From the sequence record NC_023568.1: DNA of 64,000 bases; one strand, written 5' to 3'. Each line of letters begins with the position of its first letter. The first letter of the stretch is position 1. The position numbers and the translations under genes were made by a program. Under the pieces are notes generated by a model. It was not told the origin of the DNA and searched no databases. It was given only the letters and a program-made list of their open reading frames with translations. Below are positions 55,818-64,000 of this stretch, in pieces.

Positions 55818-56492
55818 ATGTTTGATTTATTGTTTAACATTAACCACACTGTGTTTTCTATCGGTGATTATGCAGTGTCTGGTCTAGAACTATGGGCGAC
55901 ACTTACAGGTTTAATCTGTGTTATCATGGCGAGAATGAACATGAAGCACAACTTCACAGTCGGTATTGTCAACTGCATCGGGTTTGCAATTCTGTTCTTC
56001 CAGATTCAGTTGTATAGCGACGTGCTCTTACAAGGATTCTTCATTGCGATGTCGATTTTCGGCTTCTATCAGTGGAATAAGCAAGGTGAGAGCGAAGTCA
56101 AGATCAGATATTTAAAAATGCGCAAGTTCGTTGCTTCGATTGTCGCGACATTAGTCGGTACTGCTGCACTAGCTTACTTCATCGACCCGATTATGTACTT
56201 CAGTGGTTCACTACTCGTTACCGATTACGTACATATTCCTGCTGAACTTGCGGTACAAGACGCTTTCACGACAGTAGCAAGTATCATGGCGTTCATGTTA
56301 ATGATTCAGCGTAAAGTCGAAGCATGGTGGTACTGGGTTGCAGTTAACGTGGTATGCATTGTGAACTACAGCACACAAGGTGTAATTGTAGTTGCCGCTG
56401 AGTACTGCATTTTCTTGGCAAACGCTGCGTATGCTATCGCAATCTGGCATAAAGAAGGCATGAAAAACGAATACATTGAGGTGAATTCATGA
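55818..56492 (+). CDS. pnuC: PnuC nicotinamide riboside transporter
   Basis: multi-TM; LYSDVLLQ..F..GFYQW, DAFTT..S, RKVEAWW.W. Confidence 0.9.
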   Translation: MFDLLFNINHTVFSIGDYAVSGLELWATLTGLICVIMARMNMKHNFTVGIVNCIGFAILFFQIQLYSDVLLQGFFIAMSIFGFYQWNKQGESEVKIRYLKMRKFVASIVATLVGTAALAYFIDPIMYFSGSLLVTDYVHIPAELAVQDAFTTVASIMAFMLMIQRKVEAWWYWVAVNVVCIVNYSTQGVIVVAAEYCIFLANAAYAIAIWHKEGMKNEYIEVNS

Positions 56493-56902
56493 GACAAATC
56501 ATATTCAACGGCTACAACGGCAAAGAAGTTGAAGAATTTCACAACGGGCTTGAATATATCCCACAAGAAGGTGAAATCAAATTCAACGGCAAGTACTACA
56601 AAGCAAATACCACGTTCTTGGTTGATGCAGATAATTGCCTTGGTGTTATCGACGATAGCACATGGGACGAAGTGAAAGACGCTGTAAACGGCGTTTTTAA
56701 GGCAACTGGTGAATTCACGAAGCGTTTTCCAGACACTGACGTTGTAGCAGTTGTCTTTGATAACGCACTACCGCAAGCATTAGACAAAGCGTTGCAGCTT
56801 GCATTCATTCACAATCTCGACCGTAACAGCGTTGATTGTCAAGTCATGCTAAACGGTTACGAGCAACTAAAAACAAAAGGTTGGATTGGCGATGGTTGTT
56901 AA
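56489..56902 (+). CDS. hypothetical protein
   Basis: coupled to pnuC. Confidence 0.65.
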   Translation: MRQIIFNGYNGKEVEEFHNGLEYIPQEGEIKFNGKYYKANTTFLVDADNCLGVIDDSTWDEVKDAVNGVFKATGEFTKRFPDTDVVAVVFDNALPQALDKALQLAFIHNLDRNSVDCQVMLNGYEQLKTKGWIGDGC

Positions 56903-57182
56903 AGGGTTACCAGTTTATCTAGTTGGCTCACCGTGCATCATGATCGATGCGCAAACTAAAGCTCCACTAAATGGCACTGTTCAAGAAGATGTCGAAAAGC
57001 AAGTATTGGAAATGCGAAGCTTCTTGAGCAAACCGAATTTGTGGCTTGAGAAAGTACTTGAAGAACTAGCGGACGGCGCGATTCAAGAAGGTGCAACTGC
57101 ACTATACTTGTACGACGTTGACCATTATGCAGAAATCCCGAACACGGGTACCATTTACAAGATTCGAGGGGCGTGGGCATGA
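56886..57182 (+). CDS. hypothetical protein
   Basis: coupled ORF. Confidence 0.6.
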   Translation: MAMVVKGLPVYLVGSPCIMIDAQTKAPLNGTVQEDVEKQVLEMRSFLSKPNLWLEKVLEELADGAIQEGATALYLYDVDHYAEIPNTGTIYKIRGAWA

Positions 57183-57676
57183 CATATCGAAAGTTCGACT
57201 TACGTGAGAACTTCGAGCACTGCACTGACGAGCAAATGACGAATTTGCATTTCGTATTTGATAAAGTCGAACCTTATTGGCGTGATTGCAAGATGCTAAC
57301 CGAAGAACAGCGTTATCGGTTAGCTCAGTGTCATACAATGGCGGTTGCTCAGACGTTAAGAAACGCTATCATTGATCGTGAACGCCATCAAATCATGGAA
57401 CGATTACGTCAAGAAGAAGCAGATCGTATTTACGATGGTGATGTATCGAAGTTATATTTGTACTACCCACACCATCTTGTAGATGACGAATACAAAGTCA
57501 AAGCACTATGGTGGGTTGAGTATTGTGATGAAGATATCGAAAATATCGAAGCTGCTCTTGTGAAAAGTCGCTATAGTGAAGGTCGCTTTATGACCCGTGA
57601 TCGTTATCACCTCGAAACGATGATGAATGTTTTTGATGTAGTACGTGAAAAACTTGAAAGAAGATACTTGATGTAG
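57179..57676 (+). CDS. hypothetical protein
   Basis: GAGG RBS. Confidence 0.65.
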   Translation: MTYRKFDLRENFEHCTDEQMTNLHFVFDKVEPYWRDCKMLTEEQRYRLAQCHTMAVAQTLRNAIIDRERHQIMERLRQEEADRIYDGDVSKLYLYYPHHLVDDEYKVKALWWVEYCDEDIENIEAALVKSRYSEGRFMTRDRYHLETMMNVFDVVREKLERRYLM

Positions 57677-57715
57677 TGTTTTGATTCGTGTATACTCTTA
57701 AAAAAGGAGTATCAC

Positions 57716-57907
57716 ATGAACCAAGTACCAGATTTAATCTTCCATCTAATGAACGACAATGAAATCATCACAATGTGTTTCATTGTTGCTCTAACACTCG
57801 TGATAATGCACGCAATTACGTTTAGAAATTGCGTTGTGTTATTCTTTTCATCATTTATTCACGGCATCATGACATTCATTGCCTTGTTCTATACGCCAAT
57901 GGGGTAA
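57716..57907 (+). CDS. small membrane protein
   Basis: AAGGAG RBS; hydrophobic. Confidence 0.6.
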   Translation: MNQVPDLIFHLMNDNEIITMCFIVALTLVIMHAITFRNCVVLFFSSFIHGIMTFIALFYTPMG

Positions 57908-57910
57908 ACA

Positions 57911-58120
57911 ATGCAAATCGATCATCTAAAACTCGATGAAATTCGAGATAAACTGAGATTCTTGAATAATCGCGAGAAAACATTACTCATGGAAGAGATA
58001 ATGCGCGATCTTAGCTTCTTTCATGGAAACAAAGACAAACGTCGTGCTGCTCATTCGTATATGAAGATAGCACATGGTGGAAACTTTCATTTTAAGGATT
58101 TGAAAAATGAGCGCACCTAG
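57911..58120 (+). CDS. hypothetical protein
   Basis: 69 aa ORF. Confidence 0.6.
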   Translation: MQIDHLKLDEIRDKLRFLNNREKTLLMEEIMRDLSFFHGNKDKRRAAHSYMKIAHGGNFHFKDLKNERT

Positions 58121-58376
58121 TACTGCACATTTCTTCGCTGTTCATGAAGACGGCGAGCGAGAACATTTAGGTTATATTTTCTGCAACTGTGGTTGGGTCT
58201 TCCATGAAGAACACTTCTTGGCTGATCTTGCAGACGACATCGAACACAGCGCGATTCTAAACGGCACTATGAAGAAAGGTGTTGAGTGGGATTATGTCGA
58301 GGCATATGGCATGGTATGGTCAAAAGAAACTGTAATGAGCCATTTACCAGATCTCGCACCAACAAGAGGTGAGTGA
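58107..58376 (+). CDS. hypothetical protein
   Basis: coupled ORF. Confidence 0.6.
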   Translation: MSAPSTAHFFAVHEDGEREHLGYIFCNCGWVFHEEHFLADLADDIEHSAILNGTMKKGVEWDYVEAYGMVWSKETVMSHLPDLAPTRGE

Positions 58377-58591
58377 TGTTAGATGCGATTCACTTCACTA
58401 TCATCAAGTCGCCTATCTTGTTCACTGTGTTAGAATCATTTCTTATTCTATTCACAGCGGGAGCAATGGAGTGGATACCTGAGTCAGATGAATCAGAAAT
58501 CGGAATCGCCGTATGTCTGTTTTTGTTCTTCATGTCAATGATGATATTCATACCGTACATGTGGGTTTTCTATGAACCATCATACTTCTAA
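58376..58591 (+). CDS. small membrane protein
   Basis: two hydrophobic segments. Confidence 0.6.
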   Translation: MLDAIHFTIIKSPILFTVLESFLILFTAGAMEWIPESDESEIGIAVCLFLFFMSMMIFIPYMWVFYEPSYF

Positions 58592-58612
58592 GACGCTTCG
58601 GCGTCTTTTTTT
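58590..58612 (+). terminator. intrinsic terminator
   Basis: AAGACGC-TTCG-GCGTCTTTTTTT. Confidence 0.88.
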
Positions 58613-58630
58613 CGGTTTGAATAAAATAAT

Positions 58631-58705
58631 TTGAAAAAGTGGTTGCATTAAATGACGAATACCCCTAATATAGCTATATCGAAACGAGATACAGAGAACA
58701 TTATG
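58631..58705 (+). promoter_or_regulatory. repeated early promoter cassette
   Basis: AAAAAGTGGTTGCA..TAATAT..ATCGAAACGAGATACAGAGAACATTATG. Confidence 0.78.
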
Positions 58706-59065
58706 AAAACTCATCTACGCGACAATGCAGTAACAAGCACGACTCACATTGAACTTGAAATCACGACACCTGTTCTTGGTTGGTTCAATAATGAATTCAA
58801 TCAAGCTGACGGCTGGGTGATTGTTGCACTAGATGAGTTCGAAAAAGCGTTTCTTGAAAATGCATCAATCGACCACTCAAATGTGTATCGCGTTATGAAC
58901 GATGATCGCACTAGCTTGTGTCGAATCGACGTTGAAAATGAAACATATGCGTTTCTCGACAACGGTGAGTTAATGGAAACTGGCATGTACAAATTCGAGC
59001 GACCTGCTAAGTATCGTTCACTGTACATTGACAGCAAAAATGAACTATTCAATCAAGGGAAATAA
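58703..59065 (+). CDS. hypothetical early protein
   Basis: start reassigned to cassette ATG. Confidence 0.7.
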   Translation: MKTHLRDNAVTSTTHIELEITTPVLGWFNNEFNQADGWVIVALDEFEKAFLENASIDHSNVYRVMNDDRTSLCRIDVENETYAFLDNGELMETGMYKFERPAKYRSLYIDSKNELFNQGK

Positions 59066-59066
59066 T

Positions 59067-59297
59067 ATGTTGAAACTAACTGTGTTTGATATTGAACAAG
59101 TCGTTCAAGTAGGCATGGCGATTCGCGTACAGAACATTCGCACTGAAGAAGTCTTTACAACTCATGTCGGTTTGATTCGCGGTCACTACGTTGCAGTGTA
59201 TGACGATGACAGCATTTACACGTTTACTGACGGGACTCGATTAGATGACTCTGAGCTGTTTCGTCTAGCAGACAACGCAACACTAACACACATTTAA
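59067..59297 (+). CDS. hypothetical protein
   Basis: start reassigned. Confidence 0.6.
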   Translation: MLKLTVFDIEQVVQVGMAIRVQNIRTEEVFTTHVGLIRGHYVAVYDDDSIYTFTDGTRLDDSELFRLADNATLTHI

Positions 59298-59308
59298 AGG
59301 AAAACATC

Positions 59309-59548
59309 ATGTTTGGTTTTGTAGAAGATATTTTCGATAGCGCAGTTAACACAGTTGATGATTTCATCAACGACCCGATTGGTCAGACTGTGCATCACGC
59401 AACGTCACCGATTCGCGACGCAGTTGAGATCATCGACGGTCTAACTGAAGGCGAAATCAGAGGTATGGCTGTTGCTCGTCTAGGCGCAGATGTTGCGGCT
59501 GGCATGGCAATTTCAGAAATCATCGAAGAACTTGAGCTTGGAGAATAG
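59309..59548 (+). CDS. acidic amphipathic hypothetical protein
   Basis: AAGGA RBS. Confidence 0.65.
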   Translation: MFGFVEDIFDSAVNTVDDFINDPIGQTVHHATSPIRDAVEIIDGLTEGEIRGMAVARLGADVAAGMAISEIIEELELGE

Positions 59549-59550
59549 TA

Positions 59551-59829
59551 GTGACAGTACAAAAAGAAATTGTCTGGAAACGTCACGTATGTTTAACGTA
59601 CTATCATGCGTTTATAATCACGTTCAATGTATTCATTGCATCGTCAATGTATGAACATGCAGTACCGACAATCATCGGGTTGCTACCTGGGATGGCGATT
59701 GGTGTCAGTTCATGGCTAATTTTTGAAATGTGGTTCGATAATAGAAAAACATTCGTTAAAGATGTGCAGGCGCCAGTAAAACATCTGATTACGTACCTCA
59801 TTGAAAAAATGAGTAAGAAAAATGCCTAA
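59551..59829 (+). CDS. membrane protein
   Basis: two hydrophobic segments. Confidence 0.55.
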   Translation: MTVQKEIVWKRHVCLTYYHAFIITFNVFIASSMYEHAVPTIIGLLPGMAIGVSSWLIFEMWFDNRKTFVKDVQAPVKHLITYLIEKMSKKNA

Positions 59830-59978
59830 AGCAATATTCACGCTATTTCGAATAGTCGCAATCTATGCAGTTGGTGTAATGACACCGACTCTATACTCAC
59901 ACAACCCAATGATGCTCATCGCACCCGCGATGGTTGTAATCGGGTTCGGTGTTTCACTAATCACGGATATAGCATCTA

Positions 59979-60713
59979 ATGAAAAAAGCTAAAATCGAAG
60001 CAAAAATCGGTATGTCGTCTCTTTGTGGTGTATCAGGTTCATTCCCGTTCGCACACGGCAATTACTGTAGCAACTCACAAGGCTATTACTTTGTCAACTT
60101 ATGGGCAGAGAATCTTAAACATCTAGTAGCTAACGATTACTTGCCTGACGGGCAAATCGAAGTGCTGTTGTTTAGAGACAATATGCAACAAAACTATCGT
60201 TATGCCTACGTTATTGACGAACGTGTGCCGAAAGAAGCAATTCACGCGCCATACTTCTGCGGCATTGCGACCTCAGTTGAGATCATGCGCTATCACTACC
60301 AAACACCAGACGATAAATGTCTATGTCATACTGAAGATCACAGATTGCTTAGTGTGCGTTCGCAAGACATGAAAGGTCGTACAGTACGTCATTGCCCTGA
60401 GTGCGACACTCGCTACACTATTCAGATGCCAAGGCGCGACGCTATCTTTCGTGTTCAGACGTTTACCGAGGACGGCTGGGGCAAGTGGAAGCTTCTGTAT
60501 CACACGGGTGGTGTTTTCTACACGATTCCTGAAAATGAGCCGGTAGCTGCCGAAGACATCATCAAGGTTGACGTGAAACCGGTGAATGAATTCGGTACTG
60601 GCGACGATCAGCAAGCGGCAATCTCGCTTGAGCAATTTAACTTCAGTGGCGTTGTTGAGAAAGCAATCCCACAAGAAGTAGACGGCAAGATTGAATATTT
60701 TGTACAAAAATAG
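59979..60713 (+). CDS. hypothetical protein with Cys motifs
   Basis: 244 aa; CLC and CPEC. Confidence 0.65.
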   Translation: MKKAKIEAKIGMSSLCGVSGSFPFAHGNYCSNSQGYYFVNLWAENLKHLVANDYLPDGQIEVLLFRDNMQQNYRYAYVIDERVPKEAIHAPYFCGIATSVEIMRYHYQTPDDKCLCHTEDHRLLSVRSQDMKGRTVRHCPECDTRYTIQMPRRDAIFRVQTFTEDGWGKWKLLYHTGGVFYTIPENEPVAAEDIIKVDVKPVNEFGTGDDQQAAISLEQFNFSGVVEKAIPQEVDGKIEYFVQK

Positions 60714-60742
60714 TACAAAAATCGGCGTTCCTGCGGAGCTGA

Positions 60743-61105
60743 GTGTCTGACGACACTGTTTCAGCTCCTTGGTTTATTGAGGTACTTATGGTATTCACTG
60801 AAGAGCAGCTTGATCAAGTCGAGCACAACTACTCGCATATTGATACTGTCAATCTTGCAGATAGAAAGGGCGTGCCACAAGCGAAGTATGTCATAGAGAT
60901 ACGACAAGGCACGTATACTAAATTCAAAACATCTTGGTTAAGTCAAGATTCATGCGAAGAGCGAGATATTGACCCAGAGCTAGTCGGTTATTGGATCTTA
61001 TCAGACGCAATCGACCCTTATTGGTACTCAGTTCAAGAATGCTTAGAGCAGTATGAATGGGAACCAGCACGCGAAGTAACAATCACAACATGGGAAGCAA
61101 TTTAA
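60743..61105 (+). CDS. acidic hypothetical protein
   Basis: ORF with GTG start; start uncertain. Confidence 0.55.
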   Translation: MSDDTVSAPWFIEVLMVFTEEQLDQVEHNYSHIDTVNLADRKGVPQAKYVIEIRQGTYTKFKTSWLSQDSCEERDIDPELVGYWILSDAIDPYWYSVQECLEQYEWEPAREVTITTWEAI

Positions 61106-61479
61106 TGAGCACAAATTCAAGCATTAGCATTACACAAGAAAACGGTCAAGTTCGTTCAATCTACTGTCACTGGGATGGTGGTTTATGGGATGGTGGTGTT
61201 GCTGACAATCTACTTCAGTTCTACCGAACAGAAAACGAAATCAATGCACTTATCGATCAAGGTGAATGTAGCTCACTTAGTGGTACAATCGAAGATAGCG
61301 TTTTCTACGCTCGTGATCGTGGTGAAGACCTTACGATTTACATCGACAACATCCCCGAGCAAGAATACAACTACATGTTTAAAGACGGTAAATGGTTTGT
61401 ATGTTGTCCTGAAACAAATTGGGAAGATGTCGTTCTAACAAACGAGCTTCGAATTGAACTTGAAAACTGTGAAGACTAA
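61105..61479 (+). CDS. conserved phage hypothetical protein
   Basis: MSTNS.I...IYCHWDG..LL..Y and EYNY.F..GKW. Confidence 0.7.
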   Translation: MSTNSSISITQENGQVRSIYCHWDGGLWDGGVADNLLQFYRTENEINALIDQGECSSLSGTIEDSVFYARDRGEDLTIYIDNIPEQEYNYMFKDGKWFVCCPETNWEDVVLTNELRIELENCED

Positions 61480-61481
61480 TC

Positions 61482-61841
61482 ATGTCAAATTATCAACCCG
61501 AAGAAATAATCAAAGACGCTTCTGGTAACGAATATCAGATCGGCGCGTATTATAAAGTCACTGAGACTGAACCCAATTGGGGATTTCGAGAATCTAGAAT
61601 CGTACAGATGGTTCCTAATTTCGATTTTGCATATCATACAGTCGAAGAAGTTCACGGTGTATTCGGTACAATTCGCAAGCCGCCTCCGAAATTAATCGAA
61701 GGCAAAGCATATATGTTCTGCATGTGTGATTCTAACGAGCGTAGCGTAGGCATATGGGGCGGAATAGACAAAGGCTTTGTATGCGGTCCCGTTAATCTTA
61801 AAATGTCTCAAATCGACGCACAGACGCTCTCAGAGGTATAG
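61482..61841 (+). CDS. hypothetical protein
   Basis: 119 aa ORF. Confidence 0.6.
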   Translation: MSNYQPEEIIKDASGNEYQIGAYYKVTETEPNWGFRESRIVQMVPNFDFAYHTVEEVHGVFGTIRKPPPKLIEGKAYMFCMCDSNERSVGIWGGIDKGFVCGPVNLKMSQIDAQTLSEV

Positions 61842-62120
61842 ATGAAAACTACGTTCTTTAATGCATCGGGAAATGAAATGAGCTATCAATGGTTTCACGT
61901 ACCGTTTGCTTATACAAAAGTGAATCTCGGTAACAAGCAATTGGTGATTGCTGAGATTTCACGTAATGTAAAACGCATCGCGTATGCATTACGAAACAAC
62001 GATACAGGTCGTATTGGTATTGTTCGCTTTAAACCGATTCATGAAGATCGTAAGCGCGGAAAATACTTCGAATACAAAGGTAATAAAGTTTTCTTGAAAG
62101 ATGTCGGGGTTGTTCTATGA
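61842..62120 (+). CDS. basic hypothetical protein
   Basis: GAGG RBS. Confidence 0.6.
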   Translation: MKTTFFNASGNEMSYQWFHVPFAYTKVNLGNKQLVIAEISRNVKRIAYALRNNDTGRIGIVRFKPIHEDRKRGKYFEYKGNKVFLKDVGVVL

Positions 62121-62285
62121 AGTGTGAAATCTGCGGACACCCTGACGGGTACAGTGATGGTGTTGGTATGATTCTGTGCAATGACTGCTACAGTTTAGCA
62201 CGCAGACCATTTATTGGCTACACTGAAGAAGAAAAGCCAGTTATCGTGCCTCCGTCACTTATAGACAAAATCAAAAAACTTTTCG

Positions 62286-62361
62286 AAAAGGGTTGACAGA
62301 TGTCAGCCCTTTTTTGTATTATAGCTACATCGAAACGACAACGACTAAAGAGAACATTATG
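62286..62361 (+). promoter_or_regulatory. PeSL-like cassette
   Basis: AAAAGGGTTGACA-GA-TGTCAGCCCTTTTTT, TATTAT, AGCTACATCGAAACGAC, GAGAACATTATG. Confidence 0.85.
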
Positions 62362-62667
62362 ATTACACTATCTACAAACAAAGAACAACTAGCTATCTTC
62401 TGCGTACTTGATTCAGCACTAAGTGCTCCAATCATGAACTTTGTTAAAACAAAGACAGTTCTCGACTCTACTGTGTATGAACTTGAGTTGTTGTACCATC
62501 TTGAGTTGTCACGCGAAGATGTTCTTGCATTAGCAAAAGCAGTTCAAGCAAGTGACTTCGATCACGTCGATGAAATCGGTCTTATCTTCAACGAATCAAT
62601 GTCAGAAATGCTTTTTGAAATCTACGAAGAAAACGACACAGAATCTGTTCACGGTATCGCACTATAA
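62359..62667 (+). CDS. acidic hypothetical early protein
   Basis: start reassigned to cassette ATG. Confidence 0.7.
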   Translation: MITLSTNKEQLAIFCVLDSALSAPIMNFVKTKTVLDSTVYELELLYHLELSREDVLALAKAVQASDFDHVDEIGLIFNESMSEMLFEIYEENDTESVHGIAL

Positions 62668-62677
62668 GGAGCGCATT

Positions 62678-63130
62678 ATGATTTACTCATTATCACCTGT
62701 ACTTTGGTCTTTTCAAGATGTTGAGCGACAAACCGGTCTTCGAATTTGGGAAGAAATGATCTCTAACGTCGAAGGCACTGGCATTCGTTTGTTTGCTGCG
62801 AAGTACAATCAATTTGTTTTTGATGCAGTTCACTCTAGCATACCGCTATGTGATCACTTTAATGTACTCGAACCGCTAGATGCGACAATCAACTTTCATA
62901 AAAACAGCTACACGATTGTTATCATTACAGAAGATTCATTTGATGTGCTTTTCTCAGAGCGTGCAAGCGAACGTACAATCGCTGACGTTGAAGAACTTAT
63001 CAACAATTGTGCTGAAAGATGGAATGAAGATCGTCTATGCACGCACGAGCAGCGTTACACAATCGAGTGGTGCAGTGCTAGTCAAGACTACATCATCAAC
63101 ACAGTGTCATTTGACCGTAAGTGGGGTTAA
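62678..63130 (+). CDS. hypothetical protein
   Basis: AAGGAG RBS. Confidence 0.65.
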   Translation: MIYSLSPVLWSFQDVERQTGLRIWEEMISNVEGTGIRLFAAKYNQFVFDAVHSSIPLCDHFNVLEPLDATINFHKNSYTIVIITEDSFDVLFSERASERTIADVEELINNCAERWNEDRLCTHEQRYTIEWCSASQDYIINTVSFDRKWG

Positions 63131-63132
63131 TC

Positions 63133-63390
63133 ATGGAATGGCTTATTTTCTCGGGAGTATGTGCTTGTATTGCCATATATCTGACTTGCAAAAAAGACTG
63201 CAAGCATGACTGGATGATCGTCAAAGACGAAACAACGAAATCAAGTGGTGAAGTATACGGCGAAATGACAGGCAACGTCCCAACACCTCGTAACTCATAT
63301 CACATGCAAGAACTCACGTCACGCAAGCGTATTATCATTATGACGTGCGTGAAATGTGGTAAGATAGACAAAACAGTGGAGACTATCTAA
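63133..63390 (+). CDS. membrane-anchored protein with Cys motifs
   Basis: N-terminal TM, CKHDW, CVKCG. Confidence 0.6.
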   Translation: MEWLIFSGVCACIAIYLTCKKDCKHDWMIVKDETTKSSGEVYGEMTGNVPTPRNSYHMQELTSRKRIIIMTCVKCGKIDKTVETI

Positions 63391-63677
63391 TGCAGTACAC
63401 GTTAGAATTACTAAATGAAAAGCTCGAATCTCTGAAGAAAAAACAATTTGGGTGGGTTGTAGCATTGCCTCACAAACAAGGTGGTGAAATTGCAGTTGTT
63501 CAGAAAATCATTTCTGACATTGCAGTACAGATTACATCAATCGAGCACGATATTAAACTTATCGAAGCTTCACGCGGGTTAAACGCAACGACTGTTAAGC
63601 AATTAGTTGATGAGCACTACCGTGTACATCACGGACTTGATGAAAACGACAACTTTATTACACGAGCGGCAGACTAA
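63390..63677 (+). CDS. hypothetical protein
   Basis: coupled ORF. Confidence 0.6.
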   Translation: MQYTLELLNEKLESLKKKQFGWVVALPHKQGGEIAVVQKIISDIAVQITSIEHDIKLIEASRGLNATTVKQLVDEHYRVHHGLDENDNFITRAAD

Positions 63678-64000
63678 TGGAAATTGAAATCGAACGTAAA
63701 TGGCTAGTTACTGGCGAACAATATCGCGAATTTGTAAACTGGCTGAGCTATCGTGACAGCGACACCACGGGAATGAACATATATCAACGTTATTTCAAGA
63801 AAAATGAAATCGCTTTTATTGATGGTTCGTTTTACATCAACAGTCGAGTGAAAGCACATCGCGGTTATCTAATCAAAGCACCGAAAGATTGCCCTGACTT
63901 AACTGGCGTGAATCTACGTAAGCTCGGTGCTCGTATGCGTCGAACTGTGCATGAAGATTCATCTGAAAGTCTTGAATTCACTATCAAGTTACCTCACGGT
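63677..64000 (+). CDS. CYTH-domain (triphosphate tunnel) protein, truncated by window end
   Basis: MEIEIERKWLV start, RMRR, FTIK. Confidence 0.7.
   Translation, partial: MEIEIERKWLVTGEQYREFVNWLSYRDSDTTGMNIYQRYFKKNEIAFIDGSFYINSRVKAHRGYLIKAPKDCPDLTGVNLRKLGARMRRTVHEDSSESLEFTIKLPHG

Noticed and set aside
765-60707. Many minus-strand and alternate-frame ORFs in the track (e.g. 5251..5601, 17357..17734, 21005..21367, 34497..34919, 47847..48245)
   Set aside because: They lie antisense to or inside better-supported + strand genes and lack RBS or motifs; only 11230..11736 and 21437..21997 are credible minus-strand genes
22200-62358. Upstream-extended starts in the ORF track (8219, 22200, 23897, 25112, 32401, 37117, 52598, 58652, 62293)
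   Set aside because: The extensions run through promoters or upstream genes; downstream starts have clear RBS

Overview
64 kb of a large T4-like myovirus genome (Straboviridae; gene content resembles Vibrio phages of the KVP40/nt-1 type). Almost all genes are on the + strand. Recognisable T4-type genes: cd, gp31, gp49 (minus strand), rnl2, rIIA, rIIB, nrdC.11-like, dda, tk, denV. Accessory metabolism: a 7-deazaguanine DNA-modification cluster (QueD-like, FolE, DpdA/TGT-like, QueF, QueC, class II glutamine amidotransferase; no QueE in the window) and NAD salvage genes (NadM-Nudix, NadR-like, PnuC). Likely counter-defence genes: an ArdA-like protein beside an N6-adenine methyltransferase, plus five ORFs with T4-type capsid-targeting N-termini. 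From about 30 kb onward the window is a hyperplastic region of small ORFs and paralog families, punctuated by a repeated sigma70-type early promoter that is often fused to a terminator hairpin; one GIY-YIG endonuclease gene is bracketed by an exact 28-bp duplication of that element. The most unusual feature is a non-coding array of eight co-oriented DnaA boxes (33387-33495; seven match TGTGNATAA, three are perfect TGTGGATAA), flanked by inverted repeats and sitting at a sharp C-rich to G-rich skew switch that gene orientation does not explain: an oriC-like locus or DnaA sink in a phage group not known to use DnaA. All functional calls come from motif recognition by eye; no searches were run. 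No tRNA or CRISPR array was seen.
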